This document shows, piece after piece, positions 10,401 to 20,449 of a stretch of DNA of 64,000 bases. The notes below the pieces were generated by a model that worked only from the letters and a program-made list of their open reading frames with translations, was not told the DNA's origin and did no database searches. The stretch's first letter is position 1. Every line of letters begins with the position of its first letter. Source of the stretch: an uncultured Candidatus Rokubacteria bacterium (lineage in GTDB: Bacteria; Methylomirabilota; Methylomirabilia; Rokubacteriales; CSP1-6); assembly GCA_963758635.1 (NCBI GenBank), contig CAVWWD010000006.1, positions 288,001-352,000 on the forward strand, read 5' to 3'. The translations under genes and the position numbers were made by a program.

Positions 10401-11598
10401 TCACAGCTCTCCCCGGAACGCGCGGTGCTGGAGGGAGGCGAAGAGGGCGTCGAGCTGGGCGAGGGACTCCTGGTGGCACTCTTGAGTCGCTCGATCGCTG
10501 CGACACTGCGGGCGAACTCGCGCTGGAGACGAAGTGGATGGCGACAGAAGGGGAGAGCCCCGAAGTTGCTGTCATGTTGATCGAGGCGATCCCGGTAGTC
10601 TGCTTGCGCAGACCGTGAGAAAGTACCGCTTGCCTGCTGGCTGCTTACACAGCCGTTCAGGAATACGGGATCGAGCTGCGTCGGTGGTCAGGCGTACGCG
10701 GCATCACGTGATTGCTGATGGATGCATGCCGCGGAAGTCTCATTCACAAAGCGCCCGCGACCCAGCTTGTCATGATCGCCTCACTGTCAGAGAAAATCGT
10801 CCGCTTCAACGATATGCGTTGGATCTCTCTTCAGTCGCGGCGCGATCTGCTTTCACGATGCGACAAGTTGAGCGTCCGGTCTGCGCTACATTGATACGCG
10901 AGATACGGCACGACAGCGTGGTTGCTCTTGCCATCAACGACTCGTGCCCTTGCGGACGTCAGCACGTTTCGGCCACGCTCCGAGCGCCGTTTCCGACCAC
11001 GCTTCGGTTTCGTCGCGTGGGTCGCCGAAGAGGTCGAGGAAGAGGGCTTGGGTGAGGGTGTCGAGCTGGGCGAGGGCGGCGCGGCGCTTGGCCCGCAGGG
11101 CTTCCGCCCGGTCCAGCACCTCCGCAATCCGCCGCTGCTCGGCAACGGAGGAAGCGGAATTGAAAGGTCGCAAGTTGGCATCGATATGCCGCTCGAGTGA
11201 GGGTCGCTCTACGGCTCGCGACTTCGCGTACGGTCCACCATCTGGTTGATCGAGGAAGATGGAACGAGCTATCGAGCATCGTGCTCGTGTCGATCAGGTC
11301 GGATGCAAGCGATGTCGCTGAAGGTAACGCCCGCTATGGAAGCTCATCCGGCGAAATGCTTGCACGATCCGAGCGCTTCGTCACTGGGCAGTAGCAGAAC
11401 GTAACCGGCTGCAGCTGTCGTTCTGCGCAGCTCGCGAACGCTTTGCGACTCGATGACAACGGCGCGACGTACGAACATGCGTGGTTGATGTGCCAGCTGA
11501 CGAGTAGAGCATACCCGTCGTGCGGCTGGTGAGTAGCTCGGCCAGTCGACATCGATCGGTACATCCGGTAGCTGCCTCCTAGAGGCGTCGTCACTCAT
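10401..11598 (-). CDS. hsdS: Type I RM specificity subunit; both target-recognition domains are badly garbled
   Basis: Conserved central region ([33 protein letters not shown]) and C-terminal [21 protein letters not shown] overlap with hsdM. The TRDs are lower in GC. Confidence 0.8.
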
Positions 11599-13138
11599 CT
11601 CAGCATCTCCTGGAGCTCTTTGAGCTCCTGCTGGATCTCCCTCGAACTTCGCGAGCTCGGTGAGAATCTCACGCGGGGGGCGGTGCGTCGATCTCGGCGT
11701 GGACCATTCCTTGTACCGGTTCACGCTGAGGTCGTAGCCCCGCGCCAGCGACATCCGCCTTCGGCACGCAGAAGCTCTGGGCGGTCGCGGGCGCGTCCCG
11801 CTCCTCTCCGTCGCGCTCGAGCCCAGCGGGCGAGCACGTCGGGCAGGTTGTTCTTCGCGTGCTCCTCCTCGCTAAGCGGCGTCCTGGGCGCGGGGCCGAG
11901 CTTGTCCTCGGGGAGGAGCGGGGTGCGCTTGTCGTCGAGCGACCAGCCGTCGGCTTCGCAGTCGTAGAACCAGACGTGGTCGGTGCCGCCGGAGTTGGTC
12001 TTGGTGAAGAGCAGGATGGCCGTGGAGACGCCGGCGTAGGGCTTGAACACGCCGCCGGGCAGCGAGATCACGGCGTCGAGCTTCTGGTCCTCGACGAGCA
12101 TCTGGCGCAGCGCCTTGTGGGCCTTGCTGGAGCCGAACAGCACGCCGTCGGGCACGATGACGGCGGCGCGGCCGCCGGGCTTGAGAAGGCGGAGGAAGAG
12201 GGCTAGAAAGAGCAGCTCGGTCTTCTTGGTCTTGACGATCTGGAGGAGGTCCTTGGCGGTGTTCTCGTAGTCGAGCGATCCGGCGAAGGGCGGATTGGCC
12301 AGGACGAGCGTGTAGCGCTCCTCCTCGCCGGCGTGGTCCTGGGCTAGGGAGTCGCGGTAGCGGATGTCGGGGTTCTCCACGCCGTGCAGCAACATGTTCA
12401 TGCTGCCGATGCGGAGCATGGTGTTGTCGAAGTCGAAGCCGTGGAAAGGCGCCTTCGTGAAAGTGCGCGCGGAGCTTGGCGTCGCGGAGCATCTCCGGGT
12501 GGTGGTCGCGGAGGTACTCGCCGGCGGCCACGAGGAAGCCGCCGGTGCCGCAGGCGGGGTCGCAGATGACGTCCTTCGGGCTGGGCGCGGTCATCTCCAC
12601 CATGAGCTGGATGATGTGGCGCGGGGTGCGGAACTGGCCGTTCTGACCGGCGGTGGCGATCTTGCCGAGCATGTACTCGTAGAGGTCGCCCTTGGTGTCG
12701 CGATCGTCCATGGGGACCTTGTCGAGCAGGTCGACCACCTGGGCCAGGAGCGCCGGCGTGGGGATGGTGAAGCGCGCGTCCTTCATGTGGTGCGGCGTAG
12801 GTCGTGCTGTTGCCGCCGAGGGTGCGGAGGAAGGGAAAGACGTGCTCGTCCACCACGGCGAACATCTCGGCCGGCGGGAAGTTGCGGAAGCGCGACCAGC
12901 GCAGGTCGGCGTGGGGGCGGCCTCTTCGAGTCGTCGCCCTCAGGGAAGATGGGGCGTTCGATCGGCTGCTTGAGACGGGCTGCCTTGTTCTCCTCCAGCG
13001 TGTGGAGGTCGTCGAGGCGCCGGATGAAGAGCAGGTAGGTGATCTGCTCGATGACCTCGAGGACGGGTTCGAGATGCCGCCGGACCAGAAGGTGTCCCAG
13101 ATGCGGTCGATCTGGCTCTTCAGCTCGCCGGTGATCAT
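11595..13138 (-). CDS. hsdM: Type I RM N6-adenine methyltransferase, split by indels
   Basis: [35 protein letters not shown], motif [11 protein letters not shown], motif IV NPPF and [10 protein letters not shown]. Confidence 0.95.
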
Positions 13139-13148
13139 GTCGGGGGCG

Positions 13149-13177
13149 ATGGTGGTCGGGGGCGGCGGGGTTGTCAA
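13149..13177 (-). promoter_or_regulatory. Putative sigma-70 promoter of the hsd operon (near-leaderless)
   Basis: TTGACA, 17 bp spacer, CACCAT, then 10 nt to the hsdM ATG. No Shine-Dalgarno. Confidence 0.5.
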
Positions 13178-13218
13178 GACTCGGAGCGCTCTCTTCCTGG
13201 AAACTCGGCGGTCGTGTC

Positions 13219-13263
13219 ACCGCCCCTCACCCTGGCCCTCTCCCCCATCGGGGGAGAGGGGAT
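13219..13263 (+). repeat. REP-like palindromic repeat (family A)
   Basis: ACCGCCCCTCACCCTGGCCCTCTCCCC-loop-GGGGAGAGGG hairpin. The same element occurs at 16350 and, degenerate, at 56247. Confidence 0.85.
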
Positions 13264-13354
13264 AGGTCACTACCGATCGACCCCGCTGAAGTACCCTCGT
13301 GGAGGGGCGACCCGTCCTCACCCCGAGGGCGCGCGCCGCGACGGGCATGCCCGT

Positions 13355-14794
13355 ATGGACTCGGCAGCGACCACGAACGCGCGTCAGATGCTTCTTCCCG
13401 AGCGCGAGGCCCGGACGCTGCTGCTCGTCCGGGCCGTCGAGGAGACCGACGGGGAGGGCGTTCTGCTGTCCCCGCAGGTCCGGGAGGCCGCCACGCGCCG
13501 CGTGTTCGACGACGCGGCGGTGGCCCCCGACGACGGCGCCCGGCTGCGCGCCCGCGCGGCGCTCCTGCGCGACACCCTCCAGCGTGACGCGCCCCGGCTC
13601 GCCGCGGTGCTCGACCCGCCGCGTTCGCGCGGCGTGGTGGTGGTCGGGACGCTCCTTGTCGCGGCCGCCCTCGGCGCGGCGAGCAACCTCCTGGGACCCC
13701 ACCGGCACGTGAGCGTGCTCGCCTTCCCCCTGGCGGGGATCCTCGGCTGGAACCTCGCGGTCTACGCGGCGCTCCTCGCGCGGTCGGTGGCGCGCGTGGT
13801 CGCCCGGGCCCGGGGCCGGCGCCCACGCCTGGCGTGGATGGCCCGGTGCCTCGAGAGCGCCCGCGTGTCGGAGATGGCGCGGCGTCTCCGCGGCGGCGCG
13901 CCCTCGCCCGCCGTCGCCGACGCCGTCGGCCGGTTCCACCGGCTCTGGCTCGCCGCGGCCGCGCCTCTCGCCACCGCCCGCGTGCGGTCGGCGCTGCACC
14001 TGGCGGCGGCTGCGATGGCGGCGGGGGCCATCGGTGGGTTGTACGCCTCCGGCATCGCGTTCGAGTACCGCGCCACGTGGGAGAGCACGTGGCTCGACGC
14101 GTCGTCGGTGCGGCAGTATCTCGGGTCCGTGCTGGGGCCGGCGTCGCGTGTGCTCGGGGTGCCGATCCCGGACGTGGCGCCGCTGCGCGGGCCGGCGGGT
14201 GACGGTCCGGCGGCGCCGTGGATCCACCTGTGGGCGGTGACGCTGGGGCTCTTCGTCGTCGCGCCGCGCGCGGCGCTGGCGCTCGTCGCCGCGATCGCCG
14301 CCGCGCGGGTGGCGCGCCGGCTTCCCGTGGAGATCGACGCGGCGTACGCGCGCCGGGCGCTGCATGCCGGGCGCGGGGCCGCCTCCCTCGTGGAGATCGT
14401 CTACTACGGCGGGATGCCGGACCTCCGCCTCCGCGAGCGGCTGCACGCGACCCTGCAGGAGGAGGCGGGAGCCCGTGCCGTGATCCGCGACGGCGCGCGC
14501 CTGGCGTACGGCGACGGGCCGGAGGCCGTCGATCTGGGCGGCGCGCCGGCCGGGGGCCGGGTCGCGGTGGTGTTCGCCCTGGCGCAGACGCCGGAGGCGG
14601 AGGTGCACGGCGAGTTCCTCCGGGAGCTCCGGGAGCGCGTCGAGCGCGCGGGCTGGCAGCTCACGGTCGTGCTGGAGACGGCGACGTACGGGGCGCGCGT
14701 CGGGTCCGCCACGCGCGTGCGCGAGCGGCGCGCCGCGTGGGAGCGGCTGCTGCGCGACCTCGACGTGGAGCCGATGGAGCTGGCGGCGGCATGA
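13355..14794 (+). CDS. Membrane protein, DUF2868-like
   Basis: About four hydrophobic segments and YRATWESTWLD motif. ATGA-coupled to the GTPase gene. Start could be 13355 or 13388. Confidence 0.75.
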   Translation: MDSAATTNARQMLLPEREARTLLLVRAVEETDGEGVLLSPQVREAATRRVFDDAAVAPDDGARLRARAALLRDTLQRDAPRLAAVLDPPRSRGVVVVGTLLVAAALGAASNLLGPHRHVSVLAFPLAGILGWNLAVYAALLARSVARVVARARGRRPRLAWMARCLESARVSEMARRLRGGAPSPAVADAVGRFHRLWLAAAAPLATARVRSALHLAAAAMAAGAIGGLYASGIAFEYRATWESTWLDASSVRQYLGSVLGPASRVLGVPIPDVAPLRGPAGDGPAAPWIHLWAVTLGLFVVAPRAALALVAAIAAARVARRLPVEIDAAYARRALHAGRGAASLVEIVYYGGMPDLRLRERLHATLQEEAGARAVIRDGARLAYGDGPEAVDLGGAPAGGRVAVVFALAQTPEAEVHGEFLRELRERVERAGWQLTVVLETATYGARVGSATRVRERRAAWERLLRDLDVEPMELAAA

Positions 14795-16209
14795 CGACCG
14801 TGACGCTGAGCCTCATCTCGCACACCAACGTCGGCAAGACCTCGCTGGCGCGCACGCTGCTGCGCCGGGAGATCGGCGAGGTCCGGGACCAGCCGCACGT
14901 GACCACGATCGCCGAGGCGCACCCGCTCATCGAGACGCCGGACGCGCGGCTGCTCCTCTGGGACACGCCGGGCTTCGGCGACTCGGTGCGGCTGATGGCG
15001 CGGCTGCGCCGCGAGCGCGACCCGATCGGCTGGTTCCTGCACCAGGTGTGGGACCGCGTGGTCAACCGGCCGCTGTGGTGCAGCCAGGAGGCGGTCCGGA
15101 ACGTCCGGGACGAGGCGGATGTCGTGCTCTACCTGGTGAACGCGGCGGAGGACCCGGAGGGCGCTGGCTATCTCCGGCCCGAGCTGGAGCTCCTCGCGTG
15201 GATGGCCCGCCCGCTCCTCGTCCTGCTGAACCAGCTCGGTCCCGAGGGCAGCGACGCCGTCGCGCGCTGGCGGGGCCATCTCGCCGGGTTCCCGGTGGTG
15301 CGCGACGTGCTGTCGCTCGACGCGTTCAGCCGGAGCTGGGTCGAGGAGAGCGTCGTGCTGGAGCGCGTGATCGACCTGCTCGCGGGCGACAAGCGCGCGG
15401 CGATGGCGCGGCTGTGCGCGGCCTGGAATGCCCGCAACCTGGACGTCCTCGCCCGGTCGATCGACGCCATCGCCGAGTACCTGGCCGAGACCGCCACCGA
15501 CCGCGAGCCGCTCGGCGAGGAGGCCGGGACGTCGTGGATCCGCGAGCGGCTCGACGACCTGCGCGCCCTGTCGCGCGGCGACCGCGAGCGCGCGATGGGT
15601 GCGCTGTTCGATCGCGTGCAGGGGCGCACGCGACGGCTCATGGACCGGCTCATCGCGCTGCACCAGCTCTCGGGCGCGAGCCAGGCGCGAGTGGAGCGAC
15701 GGCTGGAGGACGCCGCGCTCGAGGGCCTCGAGGGGATCAACCCCACGACGGGCGCCGTCGCCGGCGGCGTCCTGACCGGGCTCCTGTCGGGGCTCGGCGC
15801 CGACGTGCTGACCGGCGGGCTGTCGCTCGGCGGCGGGGCCATCGTGGGCGCCATCGCCGGCGCGCTCGGAGGGTACGCGCTCGGCGGCGCGTTCAAGCTG
15901 GCGACCGGAGGCCGGGCGGCGATCCAGTTCCAGCCCGCCGCGCTCGAGCGGCTCGCGCGCGACGCGGTGCTGCGCTACCTGCTGGTGGCGCACCACGGCC
16001 GCGGCCGTGGCGACTATGCGGACGTGGAGTCCCCCGCCGAGTGGGCGGTGGACGTGGACGCGGAGCTGGCGCGCCGCCGAAACGAGCTGCACGCGGCCTG
16101 GCGCGAGGCGGCGCGGCAGGATGGAACGCCGGCGCTCGCCCGAGTGCTCCACGAGATCGTTCGCGACCTGCTGCGGCGGCGATTCCCCGACGCCGCCGTG
16201 CTGCGTTGA
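14791..16209 (+). CDS. P-loop GTPase with C-terminal glycine-rich hydrophobic hairpin (DUF3482-like)
   Basis: G1 variant SHTNVGKTS, G3 WDTPG, G4-like LLNQ, and glycine-zipper GAVAGGVLTGLLSGLGADVLTGGLSLGGGAIVG. Confidence 0.85.
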   Translation: MTTVTLSLISHTNVGKTSLARTLLRREIGEVRDQPHVTTIAEAHPLIETPDARLLLWDTPGFGDSVRLMARLRRERDPIGWFLHQVWDRVVNRPLWCSQEAVRNVRDEADVVLYLVNAAEDPEGAGYLRPELELLAWMARPLLVLLNQLGPEGSDAVARWRGHLAGFPVVRDVLSLDAFSRSWVEESVVLERVIDLLAGDKRAAMARLCAAWNARNLDVLARSIDAIAEYLAETATDREPLGEEAGTSWIRERLDDLRALSRGDRERAMGALFDRVQGRTRRLMDRLIALHQLSGASQARVERRLEDAALEGLEGINPTTGAVAGGVLTGLLSGLGADVLTGGLSLGGGAIVGAIAGALGGYALGGAFKLATGGRAAIQFQPAALERLARDAVLRYLLVAHHGRGRGDYADVESPAEWAVDVDAELARRRNELHAAWREAARQDGTPALARVLHEIVRDLLRRRFPDAAVLR

Positions 16210-16349
16210 CGCGCCCGGGCCAGCCAGGGGCCGGCCCTGACCAGGGCCTGCCTGGCCTGCTCGCGTGGGGCCACGACGCCGACGCCGTGCGGTGTAAGTA
16301 CTGTGGCGTCCGGCTCGAGTACCAGTCGGCCCCGCGCGGGGACATGGCG

Positions 16350-16392
16350 ACCGCCCCTCACCCTGGCCCTCTCCCCAGAGGGGAGAGGGGAT
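16350..16392 (+). repeat. REP-like palindromic repeat (family A)
   Basis: First 27 nt identical to the 13219 copy, with a different loop. Lies between convergent genes. Confidence 0.85.
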
Positions 16393-16397
16393 TGGAG

Positions 16398-17366
16398 TCA
16401 GTACAGGTGGCAGGCGACCAGATGGTCGGGCGCGATGGGCTTGAGCACGGGCGCGACGCGCGAGCACGCCTCCATCACGAACGGACAGCGCGGGTGGAAC
16501 CGGCATCCGGCGGGCGGATCGATGGGCGAGGGCACCTCGCCGCTCAGCACGTTGTCCTCCTCGGGCGCGTCGGGATCGGCGGGGAGCGCGGCGGCGAACA
16601 GCGCCTTGGTGTACGGGTGACGCGGCTCCCGGTAGAGCGCCTCGGTGGAGCCGTGCTCGACGATCTCCCCGAGGTACATGACGGCGGTGCGGTGCGCGAC
16701 GTAGCGCACGGTGGCCAGGTGGTGGGCGATCAGGAGGTAGCTCAGCCGGTGCCGCGCCTGGAGGTCCTTCAAGAGGTTCATGATCTGCGCGCGGATCGAC
16801 ACGTCCAGGGCCGACACCGGCTCGTCGAGCACGATCAGCTCCGGGTAGGACGCGAGCGCGGCGGCCAGCGCGATGCGCTGGCGCTGGCCGCCGGAGAACT
16901 CGTGCGGGTAGCGCGTGGCCGCCTCGGGGGCGAGGCCGACCTGGCCCAGCACCTCGATCACGCGCTCCTGCCGCGCCCGGCCCTGGAGGCGCTGCGTGAC
17001 GGTGAGGCCTTCCGCGATGGTCGCGCCCACGCGGATGCGCGGGTTCAGCGACGACCACGGGTCCTGGAACACCGCCTGCACGCGCGCCCGGTACTCGCGG
17101 AGCTCCGGCCCGCGCATCGTCTGGATGTCGCGCCCATCCAGGAGGATGCGGCCGCTCGTCGGCTCCTCGAGGCGCAGGACGAGGCGCGCGGTGGTCGTCT
17201 TGCCGCAGCCCGACTCCCCGACGAGGCCGAGCGTCTCCTCCTTGCCGATGGTGAAGCCGACGCCGTCCACGGCGCGCACCTGGCCGGTGGTGCGCGACAT
17301 CAGCAGCCCACGCGTGACCGGAAAATGCTTGCGGAGATCCTCGACGCGCAGCAGGGGCTCGCTCAC
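16398..17366 (-). CDS. Peptide/nickel ABC transporter ATPase (DppF/OppF-like)
   Basis: GESGCGKT, FSGGQRQR, LDEP and C-terminal GCRFHPRC. GTGA overlap with the upstream ATPase. Confidence 0.92.
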   Translation of the reverse strand: MSEPLLRVEDLRKHFPVTRGLLMSRTTGQVRAVDGVGFTIGKEETLGLVGESGCGKTTTARLVLRLEEPTSGRILLDGRDIQTMRGPELREYRARVQAVFQDPWSSLNPRIRVGATIAEGLTVTQRLQGRARQERVIEVLGQVGLAPEAATRYPHEFSGGQRQRIALAAALASYPELIVLDEPVSALDVSIRAQIMNLLKDLQARHRLSYLLIAHHLATVRYVAHRTAVMYLGEIVEHGSTEALYREPRHPYTKALFAAALPADPDAPEEDNVLSGEVPSPIDPPAGCRFHPRCPFVMEACSRVAPVLKPIAPDHLVACHLY

Positions 17367-18401
17367 GACGACGGCTGCGCCCTCCAGCACGAGGCCTCGT
17401 GGTCGGGGCCCACGGGAAAGGCGGGCGGGTACTCCTCGCAGCGCCCCTCGGCGTACCGGCACCGCGGCGCGAAGCGGCAGCCCGCGGGCAGCGCGTGGAG
17501 CAAGGGCGGCTGGCCGTCGATCGATGGCAGCCGCTCGGTGCGCGCCTCCATCCGCGGCACCGAGCCCAGCAGCGCGGCGGTGTAGGGATGGCTCGGGCTC
17601 CGGAAGATGGCGCGGATCGGCCCGGTCTCCACGATGCGCCCCGCGTACATCACGGCCACGCGGTCGCACATGCGCGCCACGATGCCGAAGTCGTGGGTGA
17701 TGAAGAGCATGGCGAGCCCGGTGCGCGTCTGGATCTCCTTGAGCAGCCGAAGGTACTGGAGCTGGATGGTCGCGTCGAGCGCGGTGGTGGGCTCGTCCGC
17801 GATGAGCAGCCGCGGCTCGCACGAGATGGCGATGGCCCCGACCACGCGCTGCTTGGTGCCCGCCGCTGATCTGATGCGGGAACGCGCGCAGGCGGGCCGC
17901 CGCGGCGGCGACACGCACACGCTCCAGCAGCTCCTCGGCGCGCCGCCAGAGGCCCGCGCGGCCCTCCGAACGCCAAGACTCGACCGCTCGGTCGGGCCCA
18001 GGCCCGACCGCTCGGTCCCGCCGGTGCACGCGGAGCGCCTCGACGATCTGGTTCCCCACGTTGAAGACGGGGTTCAGCGAGGTCTGCGGGTCCTGCAGGA
18101 TCATGGAGACGCGGCGGCCCCGCACCTGCTCCATCTCCCGCTCGGTCTTCACCACGAGGTCCTCGCCCTCGAGGAGGATCTGTCCGCTCACGATGCGCCC
18201 GGCCGGCTCGGGCAGCAGCCGGAGCACGGCGAGCGCGGTCATGGTCTTCCCGGAGCCCGACTCGCCCACGAGCCCGAGCGTCTCCCCCTCGCGCACCGTG
18301 AGGCTCACGCCGTCCACCGCGCGCACCACGCCCCAGCGCGTGCTGAGCTGGGCGTGCAGGTCGCGAAGCTCGAGGACGACGCCGCCCGCCGGGCGGCTCA
18401 T
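17363..18401 (-). CDS. Peptide/nickel ABC transporter ATPase (DppD/OppD-like); indel near 17860
   Basis: GESGSGKT and FPHQISGG, continuing in another frame as KQRVV..ADEPTTALD, ITHDFG, GCRFAPRC. Confidence 0.9.
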
Positions 18402-18492
18402 CGGCGAGGCCGGGCCACGCTTTGCGAGCTGAGCCGCAGGCGAGGCGAGCGCATATGGAACTGCAGTGGACGCAGGAGCTGACGCGGCCCCG

Positions 18493-19380
18493 TCAGACCT
18501 GCTGTCTCAGGCGCGGGTCCAGCCAGTCGCGGAGCCAGTCGCCGAACAGGTTGCACGCGAGCACCACGAGCAGGATGGCCGTGCCGGGCAGGAACGACAG
18601 CCACCACGCGCCGGCGATGTGGCTCCGGCCGTCGGCGACCATCTGTCCCCACGACGGGGTGGGCGGCGGGATGCCGGCGCCGAGGAAGGACAGCGAGGCC
18701 TCCAGGAGGATCACGAAGCCGATGTGCAGGCTGAGCAGCACCATGAACGTGTTCATCACGTTCGGCAGGATGTGCACGGCCATGATCCGCAGGCTGGAGC
18801 AGCCCCGCACGCGCGCCAGGGCCACGAAGTCGCGCGACTTCACGGTGAGCACCTCGCCCCGCACGACGCGAGCGAAGCGCGCCCACAGGATCACCGTGAT
18901 GGCGATGACCATGGTGCGCAGGCCCTGCCCGAAGCTCACGGCGAGGAGGAGGGCGATGAGGATCGTCGGGAACGTGAGGGTGGCGTCCACCACGCGCATG
19001 AGGAAGCCGTCGAGCCGGCCCCCGGCATAGCCCGAGGCGATCCCGACGGCGAGCCCAATGCCGCCGCCCACGAGCAGCGCCGCCGCCGCCACCGTCAAGC
19101 TCACCCGCGCCCCGTGGAACAGGCGGCTCAGCACGTCGCGACCGAGGAGATCGGTGCCCAGCGGGTGCTTGGCGCTGCCCCCTTCCTGCCACGCGGGCGG
19201 CTTCAGCTTGTCGGGCAGCGACTGCTCCGTGGGCGAGTGGGGCGAGATGAACGGCGCGAGGAGCGCCACGAGCACGAGCACGGCGAGGATGATCGCGGGG
19301 ACCCACGGGAGCCGCCGCAGATCGATCCGGGACGCCGGGGTGGCGACGGCGTCGGACGCCGCCTCGAGGCCCATCGTCAT
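18493..19380 (-). CDS. Peptide ABC transporter permease (DppC-like)
   Basis: HPLGTDLLGRDVLSRL, EAA-type loop FVALARVRG, ASLSFLGAG and PSWGQM. Confidence 0.92.
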   Translation of the reverse strand: MTMGLEAASDAVATPASRIDLRRLPWVPAIILAVLVLVALLAPFISPHSPTEQSLPDKLKPPAWQEGGSAKHPLGTDLLGRDVLSRLFHGARVSLTVAAAALLVGGGIGLAVGIASGYAGGRLDGFLMRVVDATLTFPTILIALLLAVSFGQGLRTMVIAITVILWARFARVVRGEVLTVKSRDFVALARVRGCSSLRIMAVHILPNVMNTFMVLLSLHIGFVILLEASLSFLGAGIPPPTPSWGQMVADGRSHIAGAWWLSFLPGTAILLVVLACNLFGDWLRDWLDPRLRQQV

Positions 19381-19400
19381 GCGCGCGCCGCCCGTCGCCA

Positions 19401-20372
19401 TCATCGGTGGGGGGGAGCGGCGCCGCTCCACCCCCACACCCCCCACCGCACTACGCGAGCGTCCCACCCGCCGGGGTCGATGTAGGCGTAGAGGATGTCC
19501 ACGCCCAGGTTCACGCCGAGGACGATCACCGCCTTCAGGAGGATGATCGCCTGCAGCAGCGGATAGTCCCGGAAGATCACCGCCTCGTAGGCGAGCCGGC
19601 CCACGCCGGGCCACGCGAAGACGGTCTCCGTCACGATCGCCCCGGTCACGAGCAGCGCGAAGAACACCCCGAAGAGCGTCACCACCGGGATCAGGGCGTT
19701 CCGCACGCAGTGCTTCCAGATCACCACCATCCGCGGCAGCCCCTTGATGCGGGCGAGCTTCACGAACTCCGACTCGAGCACCTCGAGGACGCTCGACCGC
19801 ACGAGCCGCATCATGCCGGCCACGAGGAAGGCGCCGAGCGTGATGCTGGGCAGCACGTAGTGCGCGGGGCCGCCCATGCGCGCGGAGGGCAGCCAGCCGA
19901 GCTGGATGCTGAACACGTAGATCAGCACGATGCCGAGCCAGAACGAGGGCGTGGCGATGCCCAGCACGGCAAGGACGCCCGACGCGCGGTCGACGATGGT
20001 GCCACGGTAGACGGCGGCGAGCACGCCGAGCGGGATGGCCAGGGCCACCGCGCTGACCAGGGCGAGGGGGACGAGGGCGAGCGTGTTCGGGAGGCGCTCG
20101 AAGAACACCTCGACGGCGGACTTGCGGTAGCGGATCGACTGGCCCAGGTCGCCGCGCACCGCGCCGGCGAGGAAGAGGCCGAGCTGCTCGTGCGCGGGCC
20201 GGTCGAGGCCGAGGGTCTTCAGGAGCTGCTCCCGGTCCTCGCGGGACGTGTCCTCCGGCAGCAGGAGGTCGGCGGGATTGCCGGTCAGCCGGGCCATCGC
20301 GAAGACCACCAGCGCCAGCACCACGAGCAGCACGGCGCTCTGAGCGAGACGGCGCAGGACGAACCGCTGCAT
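19401..20372 (-). CDS. Peptide ABC transporter permease (DppB-like); true stop probably near 19451
   Basis: GDLGQS, FVKLARIKG, TETVFAWPGVG and LYAYIDP. Confidence 0.92.
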   Translation of the reverse strand: MQRFVLRRLAQSAVLLVVLALVVFAMARLTGNPADLLLPEDTSREDREQLLKTLGLDRPAHEQLGLFLAGAVRGDLGQSIRYRKSAVEVFFERLPNTLALVPLALVSAVALAIPLGVLAAVYRGTIVDRASGVLAVLGIATPSFWLGIVLIYVFSIQLGWLPSARMGGPAHYVLPSITLGAFLVAGMMRLVRSSVLEVLESEFVKLARIKGLPRMVVIWKHCVRNALIPVVTLFGVFFALLVTGAIVTETVFAWPGVGRLAYEAVIFRDYPLLQAIILLKAVIVLGVNLGVDILYAYIDPGGWDARVVRWGVWGWSGAAPPHR

Positions 20373-20449
20373 GTGTGGCCGCGGAGGCTACGCCTCCCCC
20401 GCGGGCCTCCTGTCCGCGGTTGCCGTCTCGCCGTTCACGCCGCCCGCCA

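Noticed and set aside
5870..13138. RM locus as a decayed pseudogene cluster or a mobile element
   Set aside because: All catalytic motifs are intact and the indels resemble long-read errors. No integrase, transposase or att repeats were seen.
18493..20372. Possible DppB-DppC fusion through an added C in the CCCC run after YIDP
   Set aside because: A third frame ends in TLA* near 19451, the normal DppB length. The intervening DNA is a G-rich palindromic spacer.
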